Assembly: GCF_006345805.1 (NCBI RefSeq)
Contig: NC_043001.1
Coordinates: 99,696,001-99,760,000 of the forward strand
DNA length: 64,000 nucleotides
DNA from: Octopus sinensis
Lineage: Eukaryota
Direction of reading: 5' to 3'
A program made the position numbers and the translations under genes. Below, piece by piece: positions 29,781 through 41,935 of the stretch. A model generated the notes under the pieces. The model had not been told where the DNA came from and made no database searches. It saw nothing but the letters and a program-made list of their open reading frames with translations. Every line of letters starts with the position of its first letter. Within the stretch, counting starts at the first letter, position 1.

Positions 29781-31060
29781 TTAGGTCGTCAAGTATGACA
29801 TTTGTAGAAAAGAAAAAAGTTTGTATTTTATAAATACAAAGAATAGTTTTATTCATCAAAGTATGCACCCATATTATCAATACACTTTTGCCATTTCAGC
29901 GGTAGCTTGTCCAGCCCAGAACTGTAAAAGCCTGGCAATCTAGAGTCAATAAAACCTTGGAAGACCTGTTTTACAGCATCGTTGGGATTAATTTTTTTTC
30001 CTTTCAAAAAGTCATCCAAATTCTGGAAGAAGTAGTCAGTGGGGGCAAGATCAGGTGAGTATGGTGGATGATGGAGAACTTCCAACTCCAACTCCTGTAG
30101 TTTTGCCAATGTCATTTTTGCGATGTGTGGTCTGGCATTGTCTTGGAATAAAATATGAGTGGATCAGTTGACTAATCTAGGCTGTTTTTTTCCTTTGTAA
30201 ATTTCTGCATCATTTGGTCCAGTTGGCTGCAGTATACTCGGCCTTGATTGATGACCCAGGCTTAATGAAATCATAATGGATCACACCTGCTCCAGACCTG
30301 CACCAAACACACACCATCAGCTTCTTTTGATGAATTTTGTTGTGTTTTGGTGGCTTGTCTTTGTCCAACCATTGTGCTGAACATTTACTGTTGTTGTATT
30401 GGATCCATTTCTCATCACGTTACATACAATTTAATTCAAAAGTGATTCATTTTTGTGGTGAGAAGTAGCATAATGCTGGCTTCCAAACGTTGCTGTTTCT
30501 GATTTTCATTGAGTTGATGTGGATCCATTTCTCATCACGTTACATACAATTCGATTCAAAAGTGATTCATTTTTGTGGTGAGAAGTAGCATAATGCTGGC
30601 TTCCAAACGTTGCTGTTTCTGATTTTCATTGAGTTGATGTGGAATCTACATATCCAACTTTTTCACTTTACCAATTTTGAACTAGGTGAGTCAATATTGT
30701 TTGCTTGCTAACACCAAACAACAGCAATAATTCATGGGCACTTTGAGATGGATCTGACTCGACGGTGGCTTTCAGTTTGTCATTATCCACCTTTGTTTCT
30801 GAGCGACTGCATTGCTCATCTGTGAGGTCAAAGTTACCAGAACGAAATTTTGCAAACCAATTTAATACTGTCTGCTGTATAATAAACATTAATATTCCAA
30901 GATGTCTGTGATGCTGTATTTCCAAGAAAGAACTCATATTTCAAAACTGTATGAATTTCCGACTTATCCATCTCTAAACAAAAATAGCAAAAAATGATTT
31001 TTAAATACTTTATAAAGTGCAAAATGAGTTAGAACATGTGTCAGCTTTCTAACAAAAAAT
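29781..31060 (-). mobile_element. Mariner transposon (Hsmar1/SETMAR-like), decayed
   Basis: MDKSEIH...YEF start, WFAKFRSGNFDLTDE, HPPYSPDLAPTDY, LPLKWQKCIDNMGAYFDE*; TA-ttaggtcgtc TIR-like end at 29779-29790. Confidence 0.92.
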
Positions 31061-31294
31061 AAAGATTATCAAAATATAATAATGGCACATCAAAGTTTAC
31101 CATATGCCTTACTACAAATTTTATACTTGATGACCAATATGTATGTATATATGGAGGTAAATGTTATATATCATATATTGTGCAATAACATTGGTTATGA
31201 ATATACTGATGTATACCTAAATAAACTAGTGAAACAGATGTATTATACAAAAGACATATTATTAGTCTGTTTATATTTGTTAGTGTATTTGTAT

Positions 31295-31830
31295 CATCAT
31301 CATTTAGCGTCTGTTGTCCTTGCTGGCATAGGTTGAACGGTTTGACCAGGGCTGGTAAGTTGGAAGGCTGCACCAGATTCCAGACTAATTTGGCACAGTT
31401 TTTACAGCTGGATGCCCTTCCTAATGTCAACCACTCTGAGAGTGTAATCGGTGTTTTTACATGCCAGCAGCCTGGGTGTCATGTTCATGGCACCAGTATC
31501 TGCCATGACTGCGATTTTACTTGGCTTGATGGGTCTTCTTCTCAAGCACGACACAATGCCAAGATATTGGTCATTGTCTCCCAACACTTGAAAGGAGCAT
31601 CAGCCACTTTGCCTCTATGGGGCCCAATGCTTGAAAGGTGCTTTTTACGTTCCACTGGCACAGGTGCCAGTTTTGTGACACCAGCATCAGCCACGACGAT
31701 TTCACTTGGCTTGATTGATTTTTTTCAGGCACAGCATATCGCCAAAGGCCTCAGTTACTAGTCATTGCCTCTGTGAGGCCCAAAGTTTGAAGATCATGCT
31801 TCACCACCCCATCCCATATCTTCCTCTGAG
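31295..31830 (-). mobile_element. RTE LINE 3' fragment
   Basis: Tail consensus in reverse complement plus the ORF end. Confidence 0.8.
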
Positions 31831-32700
31831 TGTGTGTATATATGCATATTTATATGTATTTTTGTATCATCATTTAATGTCCATGTTCCATGCTAGCATG
31901 TGTTGGCTGTTTTGATAAGACTCCGATGTGTCTAAGGACTGTGTATATGTCTGCTGTCAAACTGTTCAATCCATACCAGCATGGGAAATGGATGTTAAAT
32001 GATGATGATGAATATACTAAACCAGGAATCACAATAATAACTAAAGAGAATTTTAAGTTATAAATTCCTAAAGATATGAATAATAATTGGAGTACTGTGA
32101 TCAACTTCCAAAATTGCATCTATTCTACTTAAATTATTTAAAAAAGTTTTTATAAATGAAAATTCTGTACAAAACAAGCCACTTTTCTGTTTTGGAGGAA
32201 TGAAGGTTAAGCTAGGTAATTTCAAAATAAATCATAAATGAATGTTAATGTTTCAAACATCCTCTTGTTTTGATTGAAGATGATACACAAATATTTACTC
32301 TGTAAAGATGATACTCTAGAATTTAGTCTGTCAACAGTGACAAAGGTTTACACAAATTACATTCAACATCAACACCATACTGAACACATTTCTAAAGCAA
32401 CTCCTTCCATTCTAATCAATGGAAAAAGGAATAAAGCATTAGCAGAAAACAATTAGCCAAGACTATTCATTTCCATAAGGAACCAGGATTTAATGATAGC
32501 TGGAAGGAATATGCATGTGAACCATCATCAGTGTTCACATTCAAACACATTAACATTTAAAGAACAAAATTTCTACAGACTGAAATTACCAACTTCACAG
32601 GAAGATACAATTGCTTGGATAAGCTATGTCTAGACACTACCAAAATCTTTGAAAAAAATGGCACAAGTTTCAATTATATGAATACTTTCTGTTGAAAAAA

Positions 32701-32753
<53 letters not shown>

Positions 32754-32833
32754 TAGTCAAATTTCCTCCTTATATTTAATTTTATGTATGTATGTATATA
32801 CATATACACACGGATATGTGTGCATGTGAAAAA

Positions 32834-32864
<31 letters not shown>

Positions 32865-32981
32865 ATATGTAGATAGATACGTACATCTCTGTCTTTACTG
32901 ATTCTTAAAAAAAATCATTGTCTTGCAATCATTATTAATTTAGTATTTTGATATCAGTTTTGATGGAAAGGTTGGACTAAC

Positions 32982-33036
32982 TTACTTGAAGACAAAAATA
33001 TGGTGCCAGACAAGTGATCTAAAATTTTTCACATTA

Positions 33037-33087
<51 letters not shown>

Positions 33088-33178
33088 TTATATATAATAT
33101 ATATATATATTATATATATATCGTAATGTGAAAAATTTTAGATCACTTGTCTGGCACCATATTTTTGTCTTCAAGTAA
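32982..33178. repeat. Perfect 58-bp inverted arms flanking a (TA)n core
   Basis: ttacttgaagacaaaaatatggtgccagacaagtgatctaaaatttttcacattacga and its exact reverse complement. Confidence 0.97.
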
Positions 33179-33545
33179 AATAAATTACTTTGCCACATAC
33201 TGAACTCATTAGAAATAGCAGCTAAAGAAATTTCTTCAGCTATTTCTAATACTTAAAGAAGATCTCTCTCAGATAGTGCTTGCCTAAACCAACTCACAAA
33301 GGTATGGGGGAAAAAACATTAAAAAATCAAGTGCAAAGGTTATTTGAGAACGTACGTTTCTAGATTAGTCAATTCGACATTTCTTTCGTCAGCTCAGAAT
33401 TCCTTGAATCGTATTTGGGAACACTGAAAGTCGGGAGCATACCCTTTCGGCTTCTTATCACCTCTAGAATTCTGCTCGAACTAAAAGTGCTATCAAATTC
33501 GAATATGCAAGCGAAGAATTTCTGCTCTCCCCTTTCCACCAGCGT
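33175..33545 (+). repeat. Unclassified dispersed repeat, diverged relative of the arm and spacer at 1750-2355
   Basis: Collinear with the reverse complement of 1975-2355. Confidence 0.85.
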
Positions 33546-34201
33546 GGGTTAAAATTGACAAACACCATGTATTATATATACTTATGTGCACAAGAATCAA
33601 AAGTTTAATAATATACAGTAACTGATCAGTTCAAGGCAATCAGATGAGATGATGCCATATTCATTAAACAGAAAACAGACTAGAGAGCAAAATGCCACTT
33701 CCAATACACTTCCAAATATATGCTAAAATTAATCATGTCATCTTCATTTAATATGAGGCTGTGAAGTGAGTGTTGTCATAAGATAATGTTTGTGGGAAAC
33801 CAAGTGTGTGAAATAGTTTTGATCCTCAGTTACAAGTGCTTCCTTCATAGTTTTAATTATCTAAGGAAGATATGAATTTTAAAATTTTGCAGTTACTTCT
33901 CATTATGAAACAAACATATTAGGCCTGTATAAAAGTTACTTATTTCAAATATCAGAGAACTCTTGGTAATCCTAGAGAATACTCAGGTATTCTCTTTGGT
34001 GATAAAGGCCCAGCAAAACCATAATCAACCTACTATAATCTCTGAAAGAGTTTTAATTAAAAAAAAATATATTTATATAAAAAAAAAAACATAAATTGAA
34101 AAAGAAAAATATTTATCAAAAATGATGTAAAGCACTTTGAAGATTTTCTGGAAATAGGATTTGTATTTATATAAAAAGTGAGAAAATATTTGTCTACTTA
34201 C

Positions 34202-34377
34202 TGCATACAAATTTGGTGGAAGATAATACCAATTCAGGTCATATTTATTATTTTTTGGTGGCTTCCCTTGAAACATCCACCCAAAGGCACCCAATTTTCC
34301 ATCAGTGTATGTGAGAAATACAGGGTATAGTTCTTCACAGTTTAACTTCTTTGAAAGGTTCATGAAATAATGTGTTC
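34202..34377 (-). CDS. Coding exon (GTHYFMNLSKKLNCEELYPVFLTYTDGKLGAFGWMFQGKPPKNNKYDLNWYYLPPNLYA)
   Basis: Inside ORF 34073-34522. A poly-T tract precedes the acceptor atgcag|GA; donor GCA|gtaagt. 176 nt = 2 + 58 codons; the join gives CVAKM-G-THYF. Confidence 0.92.
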
Positions 34378-34777
34378 CTGCATAAAAAAAAAAAGCACCA
34401 TTTTCAAAACATGTATTCTTGCAAGACTTCAGCTGTACTGGTGAGAAATACAGAATACAGGAGAGGGTAACAGAACCAAATATTTGGTTCAATTCTGAAA
34501 TCTTTGTAATTTCGAGTGACACTAGCCATAGAGAAGATAAGATCCCATGATTTGACTTGTCATTTAAGAGTGAAACACATTTCTCTTATTTGGAATCAAA
34601 TCTGTTGGAATGAAGTTGATGTTAAATTGTCAATGGTTACAGCAACAGATAGGGAAGTTATTAAAATAGCAAAATAGAAGCAGTGTTATTGTGTGTGTGT
34701 GTGTGGTGTGTGTGTGTGTGTGTGAATGCATGGAGGTAGATAACTGCATGTTGTCATTGAGTAACAACAATAGTGAG

Positions 34778-34997
34778 TGTGAGAGGGTGGTGAATAGTTT
34801 GTGGTTTTAAGGGTATCATGAAAGCATGGCTGGAGGCCCAACATTTTAAGTTCTTTCACAGGGTTGAGAAAATCAGAAGGACTGCTGCAATAAGTGTGTG
34901 AATCTGAGAGGGGAATATGTCGAATAAAACCATAATTAACCGGTGCTCCTATATTTTCTTTTAACCAAAGCCAGGAACTTTTTGGCACCGCCATGTA
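34778..34997. mobile_element. Mariner-derived MITE, about 220 bp
   Basis: Right end aaagccaggaactttttggcaccgccatgTA; decayed left end tgagagggtggtgaatagtttgtggtttt; resembles the mariner TIRs at 36225 and 50655. Confidence 0.55.
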
Positions 34998-35157
34998 TGA
35001 TAATCAACCTAAACAGGAATATGAACAGATTTCTTTTGGCAAAACATATTTGTTGGAAAGAACACACCCATTGCTGAAAACAGAAAGCATTCTTTATTAT
35101 AATGTTACTTTTTAAGAAAATCAGTCATAAAAATCATGAAACAGGCTTTGACAGATA

Positions 35158-35204
<47 letters not shown>

Positions 35205-35659
35205 AAGAAGGTTTGTGCATACATACACATAATATATAGGCTAAGAGAACATATACAACACATATCTAGATATTATTGTTGTTATAATAACTGAAAAGCA
35301 GGAATTAAAGCATTACCCCAGAAGTTAATTCCATATCTTCTAAATGGTAATTGCTTGTTAGCCAAGGTTATGAAGGCAGAAAGTGGTGCAAAGAATTGTC
35401 TGTTTATTGAGAATACCATTTTCCCGCCAATGACTGAGTAAAATAGCATAATAAGAATGACTTCATGCCATATATTATACTTCAATAGAAATAATAAGAA
35501 TTTAAAGTAAAAACAAGACAAACACAAATATAAAGCAACAAAGAAATAAAGAATGATATGAGATATGAAAATTGAGCATTTTTATATAAGCAGTAACTAA
35601 AACATCTTTTGGCAGAGTAAAACGAAGTAAAATAGATGTATCATCATTGATGTTGTATA

Positions 35660-35960
35660 TTATCATTGTCGTTTAACGTCCGCTTTCCATGCTGGCATGG
35701 GTTGGACGGTTTGACTGAGGGCTCGCAAGCTAGAAGGCTGCACCAGGCTCCAATCTGATCTGGCAAAGTTTCTACAGCTGGGTGCTAACCACTACAAGAG
35801 TGTAGTGGGTACTTTTTATGCACCACCAGCATGAGGGTCAGTCAGATGGTACTGGTATCAACTATGCTTGAATGGTGCTTTTTACGTGCCACTGGCACGG
35901 GACCAGTCAGCCAGCACTGGCATCGACCATGCTCGAATGGTGCTTTTTATATGCCACGTA
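35660..35960 (-). mobile_element. RTE-type 3' tail
   Basis: Tail consensus in reverse complement. Confidence 0.8.
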
Positions 35961-36224
35961 CATGTTCAACAAAAAATAAAAAGTTATTCCAAATGTGCAG
36001 CGTAGGAAGGAGATCTGATGCTGGAGTGTTAACAATAGTTATGCAGGTAACCGATTAATAATTTAAGTGTGCATATTTTGATAGTTTTTGCATATCAAAT
36101 ATGCAAACATTATCTGTCCGTCTCTCTTGGTGACTTTCAATTTCTTTTTCCTCAACGTGTGTGTGGGTACATATAAGTATTTGGATGTGGGCATATTTAT
36201 TCATAAGTACATACATACAGACAT

Positions 36225-36765
36225 ATGAGTGGGGTCTGAAAAGATCATAGGCTGACTGTGAAGAAGTCATGCTAGAGTTGTGAAATATTGCATGCATTAA
36301 TTTCAACCCTTCTTTTTAACTACTGCAGTGTTTTTTCTCCATGTAAACTGACACCTGACCGTTCAATGATACTTCAAAATTAACTGATAGTGACTTCTCT
36401 TGAAAAATCAACAGATATTAATTGTGACATGGTTACTACATTAACGGATGACACTCCAGCTTTAACAATAGTGAAAAAGTGGTCAGCCGAATTTAGGAGG
36501 GGAGAATTTTGAAGATGACCCAAGGGCTGGATGTTCTGCAACTGCCACCATCGACGAAAACACTGTGTTTGTCACTTGGTGATGGATGACAGGTGACTGA
36601 CTATAAACCAAATAGTCAATGCTATTAGAATTTTGTGTGACAGAGTGGAGAACATTCTTCACAATGAACTTGACATGATGAAGGTTTCTGCTCAGCGGGT
36701 GCCACATCTGACACCTGATCAAAAGCGCACTATGCTGATCACATCATAGCAAAATCTGACGTGTG
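36225..36765 (+). mobile_element. Mariner 5' half (second family)
   Basis: TIR-like gaggggtctgaaaagatcataggctgac; VKKWSAEFRRG...EDDPRAG, NILHNELDMMKVSAQRVPHL (WVPxL-like motif). Confidence 0.8.
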
Positions 36766-36767
36766 GA

Positions 36768-37065
36768 AGCACATGGCCTAGCGGTTAGGGGGTTGCACTC
36801 ACAATTGCAAGATTGATTTTGATTCCCAGATCCTGTGGTGCACTATGTTCTTGAGCAAAAACTTCATTTCACGTTACTCTGCAGTCATTTTGACACTTGA
36901 TGCATGGTACACTAGTGCACCTGTACAGGTAATGCTGATTTGACATAAGGAGTGGGCTAATGTGTAACATAAACTGTTGATCAGTATAAACAAATCACCT
37001 GCATAACTGTTTGGCAAGAAACTGTAGAACCCTCTCCTGTCATCTAACGATAGGAGAGTCCATAA
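36768..37065 (+). mobile_element. tRNA-derived SINE, decayed
   Basis: Head gcacatggcctagcggttagggggttgcactc...ttgattcccaga. Confidence 0.6.
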
Positions 37066-37099
37066 AAATATATATACACATCTATACATATATATATGT

Positions 37100-37530
37100 C
37101 ATCATCATCATCATTTAAAGTCCATTGTCCATGCTGGGATGGGTTGGACAATTAGACCAGGGCTGGTGTGTATGTGTATATATATATTTATATATATGTG
37201 TGTGTGTGTGCCAGTGGCAAGTAAAAAGTACCTTTTCAGTGTTGGGCCTCACAGAAACATTATGTTGCGCTTTAGAAGACCCATCAAGCCAAATAAAATT
37301 GCAGTCGTGGCAGAAACCAGTGTCACACAAATGACACCCAAGCTGGTAGCACCTAAAAGCACCCATTACACTCTCAGAGTGGTTGGCATTAGGAAGGGCA
37401 TTCAGCTGTAGAAATCATGTCAAATTAGACTGGAGTCTAGTGTAGCTTTCCAGCTTGCCAGCCCTGGTGAAACTGTTCAACCTATACCAGTATGGACAAT
37501 GAATGCTAAATGATGATGATGATGATATAT
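37100..37530. mobile_element. Two RTE-type tails: minus at 37100-37165, plus at 37210-37530
   Basis: Tail consensus and (GAT)n/(ATC)n ends. Confidence 0.75.
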
Positions 37531-37586
37531 ATATGGGAAAAAAAGTCAAGGTAGAAAATGCTAGGATAATTTTATAAAAAACATTT

Positions 37587-37622
37587 CAATACCGGTTTCA
37601 GTCATTGAGACTTTTTCAACTG
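37587..37622 (-). ncRNA. Minimal type-I hammerhead-ribozyme-like motif (U3-A8 variant)
   Basis: Minus strand CAG-UUGAAAA-AGUC-UCAAU-GACU-GAAA-C-CG-G-UA-UUG: stem II 4 bp, palindromic ACCGGU stem III, 3-bp stem I, GUA cleavage triplet. Confidence 0.45.
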
Positions 37623-38302
37623 TAAGTATGGAAAACAATTAAATTTCGGCAAAATTAGAAGAAAAGTCTTTTAAAAGAATATTTGCATAGTATTCAAATA
37701 CAAGGGGCATTTTTCTTGTTTCTGCCTGTCTCTGTCTCTCTTGTGGGTTCGAGATCATTGTGAATTCCTGGTAGGATATATATATATATATATATCTAAC
37801 CAATAACATTTATATAAGAGATAATACTTATCTAGTTTGATAGAAATTATACAGTTAGTGCAGTAAATAATCTGATAACTGATACTATCGTGTTATAAAT
37901 AAACAGTTAGCTTAAAATTGCTAAGTAGCCTTGATTTAAAACTGTTTTTAAAATGTCCAATATTCACTGATGGATAAAGGTATGGTGCAATGCTTATTGG
38001 ATTTAAGTGGCCAATGCGAGTAGAATAAAATTGTTATCCTTAGAGAAAGGACAAAGTGTGTCAAGAAAATGAAATGATTGGGCTATTGCTGTAGTAATGT
38101 GGTTTGTATACATGTATAAATTATATTCATACTTTTATCTATTATGTACCTCAAATGAATTTTATGAATATAATATATTCTGTTTGGTTATTATTGCTGC
38201 TGTCTTAAGCAAGTAAGGGCTTAATAAGCAGCGCAACTAATAATGAGAGTTGCTTATTTGGATGGCTGTTGACTCTTGAAAGTTCATCCGTCCTTTGACA
38301 GG

Positions 38303-38470
38303 TGCAGGAGTGGCTGTGTGGTAAGTAGATCGCTTACCAACCACATGGTTCTGGATTCATTCCCACTGCATGGCACCTTGGGCAAGTGTCTTCTACTATA
38401 GCCTCAGGCTGACCAAAGCCTTGTGATTTGATAGACGGAAACTGAAATAAGCCCTTCATATATATCTATA
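38303..38470 (+). mobile_element. SINE family A, 5' half
   Basis: ggtgcaggagtggctgtgtggtaag...ggaaactgaaa. Confidence 0.85.
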
Positions 38471-38472
38471 TC

Positions 38473-38522
<50 letters not shown>

Positions 38523-38849
38523 GTGACCAAATAGTAAGAAAAACACCTGCCTCACAAAGCAAGCTCTGTGGGGTTGATGGTTTAATCAGTGACAGCCCAT
38601 GCCTGGCACTTATGATTCAGTGGTTGGCCAAAAAATAAAAGCATAAAGAAAGAGAAAGTGGTGGTGGGTGTCCAAGAGACAGGAGTACAGAGAGGGAAGA
38701 GAACAGACTTTGACAGTAGTTCAGTTGTAGAAGCTGAGAGGCTTCAATATATTGAAGGGTAGAATGGGAGGTACTACTGCTTATTACTAGGGTTGTTATT
38801 TCCAGCAGAAGCAGCATCTCAACATTTTTCACCTTCATCATTTGAGATG

Positions 38850-39240
38850 CATCTTAGATATCATGTGGACTGACTGCATCACCAACACTGAAGTCATCAA
38901 TCATGCCAAGATACCCAATGTACTCACCCTGCTCCAGCAGCATCATCTGTGCTGGCTTGGTCATGTACATTGCATGCCAGATGGGAGGATCCCAAAAGAA
39001 CTCCTGTAAGGGGAATTGGCCACTGGCACAAGGGCACAAGGACAACCTTGTGTTCATTTCAAGGACGTCTGGAAGAGAGATATGCAGTCGCTTGATCTGG
39101 CTGTCCTGAGATGGGACGAGGTTGCAAATGATCGCCCACACACGAAATAAATTCTGCGAAAGGGGATGAAGTGAGGGGAAGTAAAACAGGAACTCACCAA
39201 CAAAGAAAAGCGCCCTCGATGGAAGCAAAAAAATCCCAAA
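38850..39240 (+). mobile_element. RTE LINE 3' fragment of a second (BovB-like) family
   Basis: HHLCWLGHVHCMPDGRIPKELL*GELATG..QGQPCVHFKDVWKRDM, matching RLRWLGHV.RM.D.RIPK.LLYGEL. Confidence 0.8.
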
Positions 39241-39344
39241 AGTATTTTAGAGGATGACTAAATGAAAATTCTTAATCAATCTAAATCTTAATTAGTCTGC
39301 TCCACCACATTGCTGTATTGTAATTATATTTTGCTTCTAAGACA

Positions 39345-39509
39345 AAAAGATTGAGGTTGAAAAGTGTTTAGTCAGAGATTTGCTTCTCAACCATGTGGTT
39401 TTCAGTTTAGTTCCACTAAATGGCACCTTGGGTAAGTGTCTTCTGTTAGAATTCAGGATTGACCAAAACCTTGTGAGTGGATTTGGTAGACAGAAACTGA
39501 AAGAAGCCC

Positions 39510-39556
<47 letters not shown>

Positions 39557-39560
39557 ATGT
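39345..39560 (+). mobile_element. SINE family A, 5' half ending in (GT)n
   Basis: Matches 42425-42600. Confidence 0.8.
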
Positions 39561-40230
39561 TTCTCATGCTTTTATGGCTTGTAAGCAATGGCTTCTTGCT
39601 AGTACCATTGGCTTGCAGTCTATCACAAAATGATGTCCAAGGAGTATCTTGACATGTCTTGACATGTGTGATCTCTGTAAAACACAAGGCGCTGTAATCA
39701 GAGTTATTTCTAGTTCCTTGCACAAAACATGCCTAGGCTGTTATTTGGTCAAAAGACTATGAGATTATTACCTTACCTAGAAATAAGTGGAGATTGGCAA
39801 CTGGAAGGATATTCAGCTATAGAAAAACTCTGCCTCAATCTTCTGTTGTCTGAGCTCTGACCCATTCTAGCATGTAGTAGTTAGATGTTAAAATGAGGAT
39901 GATTGTGTTGGAGTTTAATTTCTGGTCTGTAAACTATTGGTAGAAAGTCTGCAAGAGCTATGTTAAATGCAGACCAAGATGTCTAGTTATTGACACACTT
40001 TAATAGTGTTGGTTAATACCAGTAATTGTAAAACAATGACTAAATATATGCAATAAAGCTAATTTTTTCTTCTCCTGAATAAAATAGGTAGAAAACTAAA
40101 GTACACTACATAAAGCTTATCTGGCGAATATATATTATTTCTGATTCGTTGATGAATATAGCTACCTAACTGCATGAAATCATTAATTATGATGAAATAA
40201 CTTGGTTATGTAAGAGTATGTAAGGTACAA

Positions 40231-40410
40231 TTCAGTAGAAGGGCCAACCAGTTTGCACAATTCAGTAGAAGGGCCAACCAGTTTGCACAATTCAGTAGAA
40301 GGGCCAACCAGTTTGCACAATTCAGTAGAAGGACCAACTAGTTTGCACAATTCAGTAGAAGGGCCAAACAGTTTGCACAATTCAGTACAAGGGCAAACCA
40401 GTTTGCACAA
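40231..40410. repeat. 30-bp minisatellite, 6 tandem copies (ttcagtagaagggccaaccagtttgcacaa)
   Basis: First three units identical, last three with 1-2 substitutions; no spacers. Confidence 0.97.
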
Positions 40411-40536
40411 TAACACTAATCAGCTAACGGAAATGTGTGTTTGTTACATAAGCTAACAAAAAGTCAGTTCTGCTTCCTGTGTTTCTTATTGTATGTTTGT
40501 GTGTATACAGATCAAATATGTATATATGTATCTTAC

Positions 40537-40710
40537 CCATTTTTGCAACACATTCTGCTTTTTTCCATTTTTTTGGTAAATTTTCCAGTTTTAACGGTAT
40601 CTCCATATATTCCTTTTCTGGGTCATTACCCATCTGTATGTACAAGCCTTTATATTCTTTTGCATCTTGAGCACCAGGGTTACAGATAAGTCGAGGGTGT
40701 TTAAAATAAG
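40537..40710 (-). CDS. Coding exon (AYFKHPRLICNPGAQDAKEYKGLYIQMGNDPEKEYMEIPLKLENLPKKWKKAECVAKMG)
   Basis: Overlaps ORF 40424-40645. Acceptor aaatttcag|CT, donor ATGG|gtaaga. 174 nt, phase 1 to 1; the join gives ...LT-A-YFKHP. Confidence 0.9.
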
Positions 40711-40968
40711 CTGAAATTTAACAAAAAATTGCATTTAACAATTATTTTTATGGAAGAAAGAAATGGTATTTCATACTTTTTGAAGTCTGAGCTTAGAAGA
40801 CAATCAGATATAAACTATTAGAAAATTAAACAAAAGCTAAAATAGTTTGAGGTTTGGTCGAATTATCTCCCTTAGTTCAGCTGGCGAATTTTATGCACGT
40901 AAGGAGCGAAAGGGGAATCTCCGCTTCTAGGCCGTTTCTAATACATGCATGCATACATACATATTGTC

Positions 40969-41338
40969 AGGAGACGCAATGGTCCAGTGGTTAGGGCAGC
41001 AGACTCGCAGTCGTAGGATCGCAGTTTCGATTCCCAGACCGGGCGTTGTGAGTGTTTATTGAGCGAAAACATCTAAAACTCCATGAGGCTCTAGTGGGGG
41101 GTAGTGGCAAACCCTGCTATACTCTTTCGCCACAACTTTCTTCCTGTTTCTGTTGTACCTGTATTTCAAAGGACCAGCCTTGTCAGACTCTATGTTATGC
41201 TGAATCTCCCAGAGAACTACGTTAAGGGTACATATGTCTGTGGAGTACTCAGCCACTTGTACATTAATTTCACCAGCAGGTTGTTCTGTTGATCGGATCT
41301 ACTGGAACTCCTGTTGTTGTAACTGATGGAATGGCACA
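40969..41338 (+). mobile_element. tRNA-derived SINE (third family)
   Basis: A-box tggtccagtggt, B-box-like gtttcgattccc, followed by a non-tRNA body. Confidence 0.75.
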
Positions 41339-41702
41339 ATGATACATATTGTCAACAGATGAGATCCAGAAATTCTTGGTATAGGAAACCATTTAGTAGC
41401 ACTCAAATGATTCAGCCTTAGAATCTGATGTTTTTATGAGGGACCAATTCTGTGGGGCAAACTGGCTATAAAATGAATCCAGGTGAACAGAAATGGGGGC
41501 AATTATATTGATAAACAAATAAAATATAACAGCTTGGGTTTGGTATACAAAATATATGCAAAACGGAAAGAAAGCAAAGATTGAAGATTTTCAAACACTG
41601 AATATTTAAGTATGATTATACAGATCTATATATTAATAGCTTGAGCTTACACAGAGTACAAACTATAGGGAAAATTAAAGGGGAGGAAGTAAGGTGTTAC
41701 AA

Positions 41703-41935
41703 CTCTCTCTTTTACTCTTTTACTTGTTTCAGTCATTTGACCGCAGCCATGCTGCAGCACCGCCTTTAGTCGAGCAAATCAACCCCGGGACTTATTCTTT
41801 GTAAGCCCAGTACTTATTCTATTGGTCTCTTTTGTCAAACCGCTAAGTGACGGGGACGTAAACACACCAGCATCGGTTATCAAGCAATGCTAGGGGGACA
41901 AACACACACATACATATATATATACATATACAACA
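41703..41935 (-). mobile_element. SINE family A, 3' half
   Basis: Reverse complement of 42575-42810. Confidence 0.9.

Noticed and set aside
34378-34522. N-terminal part of ORF 34073-34522 as coding
   Set aside because: The FFFY stretch is the intron polypyrimidine tract; the phase-compatible acceptor is at 34378/34377.
40231-40410. 30-bp repeats as a CRISPR array
   Set aside because: Units are directly adjacent with no unique spacers; eukaryotic context; no cas genes.
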